A stretch of DNA of 64,000 nucleotides from assembly GCA_951406725.2 (NCBI GenBank), contig OX597818.1, positions 27,404,001 through 27,468,000 on the forward strand, written 5' to 3'. Each line of letters begins with the position of its first letter. The first letter of the stretch is position 1. This document shows positions 38,390-52,264 of the stretch, piece by piece. Position numbers and translations under genes: made by a program. The DNA is from Octopus vulgaris (taxonomy: Eukaryota). The notes under the pieces are model-generated. The model was not told where the DNA came from and made no database searches. It worked only from the letters and a program-made list of their open reading frames with translations.

Positions 38390-38694
38390 TAAGCCTGGTA
38401 CTTATTCTATCAGTTTCTTCTTGTGAAACCAGTAAGTTATGGGGATGTAAATAAACGAACACCAGTTGTGAGGCAGTGATGAGAGAGAAACACAAAGACA
38501 CACTCACAGACTTACATATATACATACATATATATACGATTGATTTCTTTGAGTTTCTGTCTATAAAATCCACTGACAAGGCTTTGGTTGGTCTGAGGCT
38601 ATAGCAGAAGACACATGTCAAGTCACCACACAGTGGGACTGAACCCAGGACTATGTGTTTTGGAACAAAGTTTGTTACCACACAGCCACACCTA

Positions 38695-38695
<1 letters not shown>
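38390..38695 (-). mobile_element. tRNA-derived SINE (family A), diverged
   Basis: Homologous to 39498-39915. A separate head-only piece on + lies at about 38878-38935. Confidence 0.8.
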
Positions 38696-38732
<37 letters not shown>

Positions 38733-39179
38733 TATGGGTGTATATATGTATGCATGTATATATGTGAATATATATATGTGTATATATGACATGTACATCT
38801 ATATATATGTACATCTACACATATACATGTATACATATACAGCTATACACACATACACACACACACACACATACATAGGTGCAGGTGTGGCTGTGTGGTA
38901 ACAAACTTTGTTTCAAAACATGTGATCCTGGGTTTAAATTTAAATTTAAAATAATAAGGGTGAGAAATTGAATATTAATTTGATTAATATGAATTGAAAA
39001 CCAGTGGTGTAGCATATAAGACCATAGTGGATCTTCTTCTAGAAAAATGGATGTCCACTGTTAATGGTTCATCCTTCTTATATAATAGTTTGACTTTAAT
39101 AGTTTCAGTATTAAAGTGAAAGTATCTGACATTACAATAGAGAGATGTTTTGTTTCACTTTTAACACGTAATACTGAAA

Positions 39180-39497
39180 TAGTGGAGAAGATATGATAGG
39201 CAAGAAGTTAGAAATTTTTTTGCCCATGACACTACATGGACCCTAAGTAAGGCATGTGTAAAATTTGAATGAAATTGGTTGTGTAGTTCTCAAGTTTAAG
39301 GGATTCATAGTGGAGAAGATATGATATTGCTCTGGGCTCGCCCTAGGCAAGAAGTTAGAAATTTTTTTCCCCATGACACTCCCTGGACCCTAAGTAAGGC
39401 ATGTGTAAAATTTGAATGAAATTGGTTGTGTAGTTCTTAAGTTTTAGGGATTCACACAGACAGATAGACAGACACACACACATTCTCAGTTTTATAT
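39180..39497 (-). mobile_element. non-autonomous Helitron-like 5' part with internal tandem duplication
   Basis: Two copies of about 130 bp (39181 and 39309 onward), then cacagacagatagacagacac and ttttatat. Resumes as atatataga|t after the SINE. Same architecture as the 5' end of 16724-17123. Confidence 0.55.
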
Positions 39498-39915
39498 TCT
39501 TTCTTTTATTCTTTTTCTTTTACTTGTTTCAGTCATGTTTGACTGCGGCCATGCTGGAGCACCGCCTTTAATCGAGCAACTCGACTCCGGGACTTATTCT
39601 TTTGTAAGCCCAGTACTTATTCTATCGATCTCTTTTGCCGAACCGCTAAGTAACGGGGACATAAACACAACAGCATCGGTTGTCAAGCAATGCTAGGGGG
39701 ACAAACACAGACACAGAAACACACACACGCATACATATATATATACATATATACGACGGGCTTCTTTCAGTTTCCGTCTACCAAATCCACTCACAAGGCA
39801 TTGGTCGGCCCGGGGCTATAGCAGAAGACACTTGCCCAAGATGCCACGCAGTGGGACTGAACCCGGAACCATGTGGTTCGTAAGCAAGCTACTTACCACA
39901 CAGCCACTCCTACGC
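39498..39915 (-). mobile_element. full-length tRNA-derived SINE (family A)
   Basis: Minus-strand head with A box TGGCTGTGTGG and B box GGTTCAGTCCC, internal microsatellite, (AAAG/AATAA)-rich tail. Other copies at 54058-54190, 58650-59045 and about 3960-4110. Confidence 0.92.
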
Positions 39916-39982
39916 ATATATATAGATGTTCTGTCATTTGGTGACTAATGATTTATTTACTTTGATATAATTTGTGTTTTAG

Positions 39983-40288
39983 ATGAGAAAGGGAATATTT
40001 ATCCAAGTTCTGAAACACCAAATGCCATAAAGGATAAAAAATTTACATTGAGATGTAAAACTGATGATACTGGAGTAATCTGGTTTACTGGAAATGGATT
40101 AGTTATTGCGAAATACATTGGATTATTCAACCAAAATTATTCTAGATATTTTGGTAGCCGTCAAGAAACTCATTGCCAAAGCAAAATCTGTACATTGAGT
40201 ATAACCAGCATTAGATTAGATGATGACAACATGAGCATTGTTTGCAAGACTAATTTCCACACAAGCTTGTTCAATATTAGAGTATTTG
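39983..40288 (+). CDS. IgSF gene exon: Ig-like domain 2 (V/I-set-like)
   Basis: Acceptor tttgtgttttAG, donor G|GTAAGT, 306 nt, phase 1-1. Translation includes NFTLRC...VIWF...CTLSITSIRLDDDNMSIVC...FNIRVF. Confidence 0.9.
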
Positions 40289-40606
40289 GTAAGTAATTAT
40301 TTTTGCAAAGTTAAGTGTGTGATTTTATGCTATTATTGCTTTAATTATTTCAGCCATTGGACTGGACCTTAAAGTGCTTAGTCAGTTAGATGGACCTCAG
40401 AACTTATTTTTAAAGTTTGATATTTTGTGTATTGGTATCTTTTTGCCAAAGTCCCAAGACATTGGGAGGTAAGCAAAACTACACTGGTTGTAAAGTGGTG
40501 AGAAACAAGCACAAAGATGTACCCTCTCCATAAGTATAAATATGTATATGGGGACACACACACACACATATATATATGTATATATATATGTATATATATA
40601 TATATG

Positions 40607-40675
<69 letters not shown>

Positions 40676-40687
40676 TGTATGTATATA

Positions 40688-40950
40688 CCATCATCATCAT
40701 CATCGTTTAATGTCCGTTTTCTATGCTGGCATGGGTTGGACGGTTTGACTGGGATCTGGGAAGCCAGGAGGCTGCGCCAGGCTCCAATCTGATCTGGTAG
40801 TGTTTCTATGGCTGGATGCCCTTCCTAACGCCAACCACTCCGAGAGTGTAGTGGGTGCATTTTATGTGCCACTAACACAGGGACCACAACTACAATTTTC
40901 ATTTGATTGTGATTTGATTTGATTTTGATTTTGATGTTGATGTACTTGAC
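40688..40950 (-). mobile_element. RTE 3'UTR fragment
   Basis: (CAT)n tail plus conserved 3'UTR. Confidence 0.85.
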
Positions 40951-40999
40951 AAAATACCCCTCCCCCTCTTATTATTAGTATAATTTATGTACATATATT

Positions 41000-42350
41000 G
41001 GTTAATATTTTGTGTTCTTGCATTATTCATCTATTTAAATAATAGTGCATAAGTACTAGTCTTAGATATAAAGTATTATACTTAGATATATTCAGTGTGC
41101 TTAATTTTTAACTAAGTATTTATGGAGGTATATTTAACTTTAAGAATTATTCCTATGTATAATGTACAATTGTATTATTACTTTACAGTTTCTATTTAAT
41201 TATATTCATTTCAATTTATTTAAATTTATTAAATGTATATTTAACTCTATGCACACAATTAGAGCCCCTTTCTCTCCTGTTATTCAACAATTTGTGTTTA
41301 GGTGTAAGAATTTGATAAATTTCCTCTAGAAAGAGTTCACATTTTTTTTTCTCAATGCTTTAAGACTAGCTATTGGCTAGCTATTTCCCACCAAAGTGTA
41401 GATTCTCTATTTTTAACCTTAATGTACCAAATATACATACTATGACTACTGCTTGCTTTCTTCTATTCCTAAATGCGTTTTCATGGTTTGCTATCCTTCT
41501 TTTTATATATTTTTCTATAGAACCTATACAGTAGTAATCCTGTCCCTTTGATGTTACCTTACACCTATATATGACACCTTTTCCCCTACAAAAATTTCTT
41601 CCTTGGCACAATCACAGGTTTTATTTTTAGGAAAATTCCTTACTTCCTTACCACATCTTTTGTACTTGTATATTATACCCTCTGAATTACTCTCATTATA
41701 TTTATTTACTATGTTAGGGATCTTAACTATTAACCTATTTGTTTTTACTTTTCTTTCCTTATCAATTTTTGTGTTTATATCGTTTTCTCTTGTATGGTCG
41801 CTGCTACTATTATAAATACCAACATTTATATTTGTATTGTTAGTATTCATGTTCCTATTATAGTTTTTGTTACTAGTATTATGATTACTACTTCTTTCCT
41901 TTTTAGTTTGCCTGCTAACTTGTAAGTGGGGAGTCACTCAGGTTTTCTTCCTTTCCTTCGTTTGTTGTATATCTAGTATTATCACTAAGTTTTTTGTTAT
42001 TCTGGTCATTTAATAATTTGCTTATATTCCCCTTATCTTTATTATTATAGAAAGCATTTAATCTTTTAGTATTTTGTGTTGCTGTAATTTGTGCCACGTT
42101 TCATGAAGTACAAAAACCAGTTCTTAATTTGTGTGAATTTATGATTTTATGATATTTATTTTCCTTATTTATGGAGACTGCTTTGTAAAATAGTTCCACT
42201 ATATTAGTTTTAATTTGTTTTGCAAAAGGTATTATGAACCATATTATGTTAATTTTAGAATAATTATTAAGGGGGTCGGTTTCATTTATATAATTATTAT
42301 AATAATTATTAAGTGGGGTTAGTTTCATTTACAATAAATAATATAACTTC
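41000..42350 (-). mobile_element. Penelope-like (Naiad-like) fragment with GIY-YIG
   Basis: IIWFIIPF...TNI...KYHKIINSH, Asn/Lys-rich linker, CDC...C...GVIYRCKV...YYCIGS..IKRRIANH and CEL.LEE...LLNNRRE...CVH. Confidence 0.85.
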
Positions 42351-42957
42351 CTACAATAAGGAAAAACAAATAGATAAAGATAGCAGTTGAGTACATACCT
42401 TGATTTATTTTTCTTACCAATAAATAAGAAGATAGAAATAAATATATATTATGATGATGATGATGTGAGCATGATAAATAGTACAAATGGTAAAAGCAAA
42501 CTACAAACCTATATAGTTAATGAGGAATATGCTTACAAAACATACTTAATAGTAAAGAATTCGCACCTCTAAAAGGGTTATAGTATTATGACCTAGTTCC
42601 TCTGAACTATGACTATCTCCTTTCCAGGGTTGAAAAAATCAACCTCTTGTTATATTTAGATCAGCATCCAAGACCACTTGCTAAGATTCAATTTAAATTG
42701 AATCCTCCATCTATGAAGATGTATGAAGAAATAGCAGCAATGATTTTACCTTCTTAACAGTCAATTTTAGCTCTGACAAAGGGTTTTGCTTTGTCAAATT
42801 CATAATGCAATTTAATTGTGTTAATATGATTCTCAGAAGCACATGTAAGCAACATGATTTGACTATTATAATAAATATATTGATTATTCTATGGATGCAT
42901 TCTCCATTTCTTTGCATTATATATGTGTATGTATATATGTGTATGTATATATGTGTA

Positions 42958-43032
<75 letters not shown>

Positions 43033-43689
43033 TTATATATATATAGGATTGGCCCCAAAAGTTCATTTGGTTTTTCTCTAGTTGTTACATTTCCCCATGT
43101 GAGATGAAAATGACCAGCTAAGTTGTTTTCCTTCTTTGCCTTTAATTGTACATCATTAATCTGCTTTTTTGCATCTAATACACTGTTTCTTCATTTCATC
43201 ATTACAGTCTCTATGAAAATATCTTATCTTCTTCATTACCGCCTCTGCTCTGGAAATGAGCATGTCCTGTAGTTGTTTAGACATTTCATTACGCATGATG
43301 CATCCACTTATTCTTCCTCCTACCACCTATACAGGAAACATCTCTCTTGTACCAAAACCTCTTATGAGAATTCTTCTTCCCCCCTCCTTTCTCAGTCTCT
43401 CATTCACATTACTGCAATATACACAGCACAGTTTGTACTCTTTGCACCAAAATCTGATTGAAGAGTACCTTTCAATTAATTCATCAATTAACTATCTTTT
43501 ATTTATTCATTTACCTTTGTATTAACAATGTTGTAAAGCACTCAATTATTTTTTATACGAATGAATGATGATAGATTAAATGTGAGGAAACTGTTAAAAC
43601 ATGTCTGTTGGCAAATGCTTGTTAAAAACTTCTTTTCAAATGTTGAATACAGCCCCACTTCTCCCTGTTTCCTCCCTCCTCTCCAGTCA

Positions 43690-45800
43690 CATCCTTAGAG
43701 TTGGCACTGTCAGTGTAGTCATATTGAAAGGTAGATCTGGTGAGATTGTTGAGATGTTTGAATGGATGTGTGCTGCATTCAAGAGGTAAGGTATGTGTGT
43801 GTGTGAGATAGTTCTGGTGGTGTTTCATGCAGGTTCCTTACAGGCAAAAAACAAGCATAAAATCTTCTTTTGTTGACTATCTCAAAGACAAATGACAGTG
43901 ACCATCTCTTTATGACTGGTGACCTCAATGGACATGCTGACAGCAATTGGGTGTCTTCTGTGGTGCATATTGTGGCTATGGAGTTGGTACCCATGATGAT
44001 GAGGAAACAAGGCTTTTGAAGTTCCATGATGCATATAACCTAATGATCTGCACCACAAACTTCAGGAAGCCAGCCATTCACCTGATAACCTATAAATCTG
44101 GAAGCCAAGCTAGCCAGATTGACTACATCCTTACCGAAGCATGAGATATGTGTTTGCTCATAAATGCAAAGACCTTCCTGGGTGAAGAATGTACACCTCA
44201 GCATAGGTTAGTCATTAGCAACTTCAGACTACAGGTTAGAAGGATTCCAAGAAGCAAGCCAATATGGAAAAGTAGATTCAGGAAACTTAAGGATCCTTTG
44301 AATAGTCAGAGATTTAGAGATGTTCTAACTGAAACATTTAATGAGGAGAAGGAGTTACTGATGTATAACAGAGGACAATTGGAAGTTCCTATGAGACAAC
44401 TTACTGAAAGCCACAGACCAAATTTTAGGCTGGTGTAAAGTCCTAACCAAACCTAGGGTCACATGGTGGTAGAACAGTGTAATTGACAGGGCCATTAGAG
44501 TAAAGAAACAGGACTGGAAAGATAGCAGTAGCAAAGAACTATACCCAGTTGCTAAAGGGAAGCTAGGAGACAGGTATATTTAGCCAATGGAGAAGCAGAA
44601 AGGAAGAGGTTTGCCAATGTTTTGCGTTATGAGCAACTTGAAGTGTTTCAGTTTGCAAGACAGTGTGTCCGGGAAAATTGTGATGTTGCAGGAGAAAAGT
44701 GTGTTCACATGGATGATGGTTCATTTACAGTTAGTGATTCTGAAAAGAAAGAGTATAGGAAGTGTCATTATGAAAGACTGCTAAATGTAGAGAACACATG
44801 GCAAAAAGAGAGTCTGCTTAACAGAGGGACCAGCAATCTGAATTGACGGTAGCTTAGTGGATAAAGCAATTAAGGATATGAAGACAGGGAAAATCCCTGG
44901 CTCATTAAGAATCACTACTGAGATGCTTAAAATAAAGGTTGTCCATGAGGGTTGTTAATGATTGGTGTAGCAGCATTATAGTCAACTGCTACAAAGGGAA
45001 AGGTGATGCCTTAGACAGATATCTTACAGCTGCCTTACAAAGATAAGTAGCTGGACTAGGCCATGAAAGTTATGGAAAGGGTTATAGCTCAAGTAATTAC
45101 GAAGAGTTAGCTTAGATGAGATGCAGTTTGGTTTTGTGCCAGGGAGAAGCACAACTGATGCTATCTTCTTGATGGAGCAACTGCAGAAGTATTTAGCCAC
45201 AAAACTCTCTGTAGTTTGCTTTTGTTGACACAGAGAAAGCCTTTGACAGGATCCCCTACTCTCTTATTTGGTCAATGCTGAGGCTATGGTTGGTGGAAAC
45301 TGGGCAAGCTATGTACAGTGCTGTCAGTAAGGTGAAAGTCAGCATTGAGTATAACAGTGTACACGTAGGAGTTCACCAAGAATTGGTTCTCAGCCTCAGT
45401 TGTTCATCATAGTCATTCAGACCATAATAGAGGAATTTAAGACGAGCTACCCTTAGAAGCTCCTCTATGCTGATGACCTTGTTCTTATAGCTGAACCATT
45501 ACCAGAACTAGAGAAGAAATTTCAGATGTGGAAGCAAGGTCTGTAATCAAAGAGCCTGGAATTAAAGAGCCTTAATTTAGCAAAGACTAAAGTTCTAGTA
45601 AGTAGGAAAACAAACAAATCACAAATCCCTTCAGCAAGATGGCCCAGCTTGGTATGTAGAAAAGGTGTTGGTAGAAACTCCATAGCATGTTCCCAGTACA
45701 AGCTATGGACACAAAAGATGCAGTAGTATCAGAAGAAGGTTAACAGAGAAAGTATGGCAGATGTGCAGGTACAATAAACACTAGGAATGTACAGAAAATA
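43690..45800 (+). mobile_element. old RTE LINE (APE endonuclease plus RT), many stops and deletions
   Basis: TGDLNGH, SQIDYIL, TPQHRLV, QFGFVPGRSTTDAIF, FVDTEKAFD, GVHQ, LLYADD and a PHD remnant. Confidence 0.9.
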
Positions 45801-46446
45801 GTCTAGTCATCTGTATAGTTAAGTCACAAATCTATTACAGACATGATAGGAAAAAATATCAATGAACAATAGTTATGTCTTACCACTACTGGGTCAGAAC
45901 AAGTAAATTCTGGTCATAATAGATTTGTAACTATTCAGTGGTACAGAAGTGTTTTTTGACTTCTATTTTTAGCGATATAGGTACTCATGTACATATATAC
46001 CCTTGTGTATATATGTACATATCTAATATTGTATGTATATAGTTGATTAATTTGCCTGTATGGCTGATAATTCGCTTGCCACTCGTGATGGTATTTTAAT
46101 AATACCATCCCTATATTTATTTATAAATAATTTTTCACATTTCATTTGTTCCTATAGTGCTTGGTCACTTCAAACGAACTTTTGCAAGCATGATAGGGGA
46201 GAATTTTAGTAGTAATTTAGGTGGCAGACTTTGGTTGTGGAGAAATGAGGTACCTATTTGGTGCTAAATTTCAAAACCGGTACCAAGTTGACCAGCATTT
46301 ACTTGTTCTGACCCAGTAAGGTAAGACATTATTATTGTTCCCTGATATTTTTTCCTGTCATGTCTGTAATAGATTTGTGACTATTCAGTGGTACAGAAGT
46401 ATTTTTTGACTTCTATTTTTAGTGATATAGGTACTCATGTAGTACT

Positions 46447-46521
<75 letters not shown>

Positions 46522-46884
46522 GTACATATCTAATATTGTATGTATATATGTAAGAATTAGCACTTCCTTCTCTAAGCCTAGATTTGAAATCGAATCCAAG
46601 AATCCTCGGTTGCCCAAACCACGACAACCAAAGGCGCGAAAAGAAGGCTTGCTTTGTTCTGTCAAAAAGTGATTGATCATCTCCCTTTGACCTGCGACCT
46701 CAGCCATGTCAGGTGAAGTTCAACTGGACAAGTGCTGACCTAAATAGGTAGTAACTCTGCTGCAGAATGTCTATTTTTCTAGCTGTTGCAAATATTATAA
46801 ATACAAGGGTGAAACAGAAAGGCAGGCAGACAATTGGAGCGGAGACGGGAGCAGACACATGAGATATTATTGTTTATAATAGTA

Positions 46885-48460
46885 TAGGCATTTCAAAGGG
46901 AATATTCCAGGGAGATAGTCTTTCTGTACTTCTTTTCATTTTGGCACTGAATCCATTACTGTTCCTACTGCAGAAAACAAATAGTTACATGCTAGGGCCT
47001 TCAACTCCTAGAAATAGCAATGTAACTCATAATTTCTTTGCAGACGACCTCAAGATTTATCCTAAAATCTGTGTATCAATGGTCTCTCTATCTCTCCCAT
47101 TCCACACAAAGTATGTTACATGTACCTAGGCATAGACGAAAATGTATCATATGAAGGCACAGTGAATAAAGATAGAGTGACCCAAAAATATTACACCAGA
47201 CTTAGGAAAATATGGCAGTTGAAACTTTCCTCTTACAACAAAACAATATTCCACAATTTATCTGCAGTACCAATGCTGATCCCAACATTTGGGATACTTG
47301 ATTGGTCTGTAGAGGAAATCCACTCTATAGATATCAAAACCCACAAAATCCTGACAACAATTGGGAACTTCCACAGAAACAGTGATGTTGACAGGCTCTA
47401 TCTAAGAAGAAATGACGGTGATAGAGGCCTGAGATTAGTGCTGATGGCCTTTGAATGCCATATGGTATCACTCAGGCAGCACCTTCTAAACAACAGCAGC
47501 AAAAATAAATATATTAATGCAGTCCTGAAAAGTGAAGTGAGCAACGTTGTATGAGTTGGCAGTGAACTCCTCAAGAAACACTCTCTTCCTGATGATCTCC
47601 TATACAGCACCAAATCAGCTGGGCTCACTTACCTCAGTGAAGACTGGATGGAAAGCACTCAGCATACAAAAAAAAAAAAGACCATGCATGAGTATGTTGC
47701 CCAGAAGCTCGAAGAAGATAGTAGAATTGGTACAAAGTGCTGCTTCTCTTGGGCACAAAACCACTACATTACACCACACTTCGAAGGTTATGCATTTGTA
47801 ATACTGGAACAGGAGATTGCCACAAAGTACTTGGTGAACAAGAGAGACAGTGATGTTCTTGTAATCCCAAGGTGCAACCACATGTGTAGGCTATGTCATA
47901 TTTCTGTGGAAGAGATTATGCATGTGATTAGCAGCTGTCCTAACATGGCGTCATGGTACTACCTCCCTATGCAGCACGATGTTGTTGCTAAAACAATTTA
48001 CAATGTCATCCGCCAAAAAGACTATCCTGAAATAAACTTAGAAAATCCCTGTTATGGAATGCATTCATAAATACCAACTCAAGGAATACTGGTGGAATAT
48101 TCCCATCAAAACTCCTCTCAAATGTGAGCATAACATGCCTGATATTGTTGTTTGGGACAGAGGGGCAAAGTTATGTACCATCATAGAGGTTAGATGCCCT
48201 ACAGATATAAATATCCCTTTATATCAAAGAAAAAGAGGATATCTATGGAGAACTGTTTTGAAATCTCCAGCTCCTATATACAGACTCTGAATTCATATTC
48301 ATACTAATAATAATTGGAGCACTAGGTTTTGTTAGTAAATGCTAAAAGGAGAATCTAGATAAACTGGGATTTTCAGGAAGAGAAATTGATTGACTAATTC
48401 GTACATTATAAGTCCAATCTGTGAATGGAACAGTGAAAATATGCAAGACTTTTCTCAAGT
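46885..48460 (+). mobile_element. R4/Dong-like non-LTR retrotransposon (RT end, CCHC, RLE)
   Basis: GIFQGDSLS..FILALNPL, HNFFADDLKIY, YLGI, DVDRLYLRR..GDRGL, CRLC...HVISSC..HD, PDIVVWD..IIEV.CP. Confidence 0.92.
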
Positions 48461-50347
48461 CCCAAATCTGAATTTGTCTGTGTTAACTACATCCCAAAGA
48501 TGGAGCCTTGTATCTTTGTTGGAAACAAGCTCCCCACTCAACGGAAGATTTACAATAATCTGTGAAAAAGGTATAACAAAGTCACTGGAGGCACTTGAGA
48601 AGGGGATCCATCAAGAGTTATGTCACTTGCTGAAACTCATACAGCTCTTGTTTTTTAGACAATTGTTATCAGTCTTAATTACCTACACAACATTGTTTTG
48701 TATTCTTCACAGCCCCCATGAACCAGATGTAACACTTTCTCATGTTCAGTAACAAAGAACAGCCTCCATATTTTCCATATTGGTTGCCTCAGATGAAGGT
48801 AGTCTGATTCCATAATATCCTGTGTGAAAGCAACTGGTAAGATTGGCTGTCATGGATCTATAATATAGTATACTTTTATTAATGCACCCACTCTATTGAC
48901 AAATACATGAGTGCTTACTTTCTTTTGACTTATAGATTCTTGGATGGTATACAAACATACATGTGTGTGTGTATTTTGCTCTTTTTACAAAGTTTCTTTT
49001 TTTTTTCTCTAGCTCATGTCAAATTGCTTTCTTTAATGCTTTTCTCTCTCCCTCAACATCATCTATGTATGTAAAAACAATGCTCCCCTCTTCTTCATTA
49101 CATATTTCAATCTCTCTCTTGATTTTTGTTTTCCTTTTCTCATTGTTTCTATAAATGCTTCAGGCTCTCATTTCAGCCACTTCCATTCCTATCAAACCGC
49201 CAATATAATTAATGGGAAACATGCCAAGATAATCACTGATTTCTGTTTCTTCCCTCTCTTTTAAATTTACTGCATTCATTCAGCCAGTACTACTTTATGT
49301 TATTATGTGCTAAATTTGCCATTTCTAGTTCATGCTAAATTGCTCTTTTCAATGTTTTTTTTCTATCTCTATCATGAAATTTGGGTTTTGCTTGTTTGCG
49401 ATGTGCCTTCACCTCTTCTTGCTCCTACTACCTGTACCATTATTAACACTTATGCATACTACACTACCATCTTCCTTATTTCTCTTTCCTAATATATAAA
49501 AATGCTTACTCTTCCTACCCACTGTGACTGTTTATGTAGTACCCTAGCCCATGTGCTTCATGTGCTAGATATGACTACACCTTTCTCTCCTCCCCCATAC
49601 CCAGATCCTGCCAGTGACAGTAATAAAAGTCATAGTAGACACTCATAACAACAATATTATTGATGACATTAGGAATATATAGTTATCTGCTGATAATAGT
49701 TGTAAACAGCACTTAAAGTAGCATTAAGTAACAAGTGTTTGAGAATGAATGATTGCAAATTAAATGAAAAGACAAACATAATCATGTGTGTAACTCTACC
49801 AACAACCAAATAGTTTTACCTCTGAAGAAACCCCACTCTTCCTGTAGGTTCCAAAAATTTAGGACTCCAATCATAAATGTAGGCATGAAGAAAGATAGGT
49901 CTGATGAGATTGTGGAGATGCTGGAGTGGAGACAAGTGGATACATATTGTATGTAAAAAGTAAGACAAAGATTCCCCCCACCCATCAAACTCCTTACAAG
50001 CAAGTGACAGCAATACAAATTCTTCTGGGTGATAATAGTGGTTGAAAGGTGCAATAGGCATACTGTTAGCTGAGAAATGGGTAAATATATCATTGAAGTA
50101 ATCAGAATTTTTTAATAAAATAATTAACATGAGATTAGTTATTGACAACCTGTAGTGACATTTATCTCTACATATGCACCACTGGCAGGATTAATAGAAA
50201 AGAAGGACTATTTCTATGAGCCCTTTCTGCAGACTACCTTAACAACAATTTACTGCAATTTCATTATTGTGGCTGGTAACTTCAATGTCCATGTTGGGCA
50301 ATATGATGGTTGCTTTCATGTCATATATGAATAACAGATGTTAAGTA

Positions 50348-51609
50348 TCAGGTCATCCCATAAGTTCTGTCTGATTTTACCTTTTTTAAAATTGAATGTA
50401 TTTTAGAGTGTCTAATGGAATTTAAAATTATTTTTATGCATTAGTGTACATTTAAACTAATTAAATATTATTTTACAGAATAATAGAATTAAAATTTCTT
50501 TGATTAAAACCCTTTCTAACATGGAAGTATCCAAAGAGCATTTAAGGCACATAATGCTTTATGAGTACAAAAAAAGAAACTCTGCATCCGAAGTGACTCC
50601 AAACATGCACTCAGTTTATGGGTAAGAATGCTTGAATGAAAGAACTTGCAGAAGATGGTTTGCAAAATTCAGAAGTGAAGATCTCAGCCTTGAAGATGAA
50701 GATCGAACAGGACGTCCAGTTGAGTTTGATGATAAGCTCCTTGAAGCATTATTTGAAGAAAATCCTGCATTATCAGTTGAAGAATTGACCACAAAGCTTA
50801 GTTCAAACCATACAACTGTTCAGCGTCATCTTCAACAACTTGAAAAGGTTCCTAAACTTGGAAAATGGGTGCCTCATGAATTGTTTAAAAGCAAATGCAA
50901 ATCCCAAGTTGACATCTGCTCTTCTCTCCATTCTCATGAACTCATTTCACCCTTTTTGGATAGACTTGTGACTGGGGATGAAAAATGGATTTTCTATTAA
51001 AATGTTAAACATCGTAAACAGTGGCTTGGTAAAAGGGAAAAAGCTCAACTACAAACAAGAAGGGAACTTCATGGAAAAAAGGTTCTTCTCTCTATCTGAT
51101 GGGATTGTAAAGGAGTAATTCACTTTGAATTGTAACCACCTAATGCAACAATCAATGCTCAAGTCTACAGATAACAATTAGAGCATTTGAACCAAGCTTC
51201 GAAGAAAAAAAGACCCACTTTAGTGAATCAAAAAGGAGTAATGTTTCATCAGGATAATGCACGACCCCATTCAGCAAAGATCACATGACAGAAGATCGAA
51301 GAGCTTGGTTGGGAAAAAATTTCTCATTCACCTTATTCTCCCGACCTTGCTCCTTCAGACTCCCATTCGTTTCGTAGTTTACAGAATCATTTGGGGCACA
51401 TACCTTTCGCAAGCCAGGACATTTCAGAGTTCTTCACTTTGAAACCAAAAGAGTTTTACATTGATGGGATTAAAAAGCTTGTAAATAGATGGAAGGAAGT
51501 CATAGATAATCAGGAAAAGTACATTGATGATTAAATTTCAATTAAATATAACATTTGATCACTTGTTTTCTTTATTCAAAATTTGGATGGAACTTATGGG
51601 ATGACCTGA
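50348..51609 (+). mobile_element. full-length defective mariner (DD34D)
   Basis: TIRs tcaggtcatcccataagtt / aacttatgggatgacctga. Transposase from 50521 to about 51534 has WVPHEL, TGDEKW, HQDNARPH and YSPDLAPSD, with several in-frame stops. Confidence 0.96.
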
Positions 51610-51943
51610 TTCATGGCATTCTATTTGGTCTATATAGCTGATGCTGAGCTAAGTTAGATCAGTCAACGAAAATTAAGCAATGCCTACTGATTGACATCAA
51701 TAAAGATAATGCTGAAATTATGAACAATATTCATGTAACCTCAGTCTCCGTAGCTACCAAAAATATAAATATATTCTTAGTCAACGCACAGTTAAGTAAG
51801 GAAACATGTAACAGACGTAATATAAATACATGCATACTCTCTCTCTCTCTCTCTCTCTTTCACACACTCACACACAAATATTAAAACAAACATATTCATT
51901 CATTCATTTATTGATATAATTTTGAGCAATTCTTCTATTTCAG

Positions 51944-52264
51944 TTTTACCAAAATCAGTCACAGTCAAGGCTATTTCTGACACAGTTCCAGTGGAAAATC
52001 AGAATAAAAGTTATGAATGCCTTATTAAAGACACCAATCCTGAATTTTCAGTCTTTTGGCTGATAACATGGAAAAATGGGACACAAATAAATGTTACAAA
52101 GTATATTTCAAATAAGCCAAGCAAATCAGGAGAGCTGATCACTTTATCATCAAAACTGACATTAACTCTTAATAAGAATTTTAAGGAATTACAGTGTGTT
52201 GCATATTTTCCAGGTAAAAGTGAATTTGTTTACCGTTCGATGAAACTCGATATGCCCATAAAAT
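51944..52264 (+). CDS. IgSF gene exon: Ig-like domain 3 (C2-set/CD80-like)
   Basis: Acceptor ttcttctatttcAG, donor T|GTAAGC, 321 nt, phase 1-1. Translation includes LPKSVTV...SYECLIKDTNPEFSVFW...TLSSKLTL...LQCVAY. Confidence 0.9.

Noticed and set aside
39850-39915. tRNA-like A/B boxes (also about 59890-59970)
   Set aside because: SINE heads without a complete cloverleaf, so not tRNA genes.
49605-50192. atcctgccagtg / cactggcaggat inverted ends around short ORFs
   Set aside because: Only a 12-bp match, with no clear TSD or recognisable transposase; cannot be classified.
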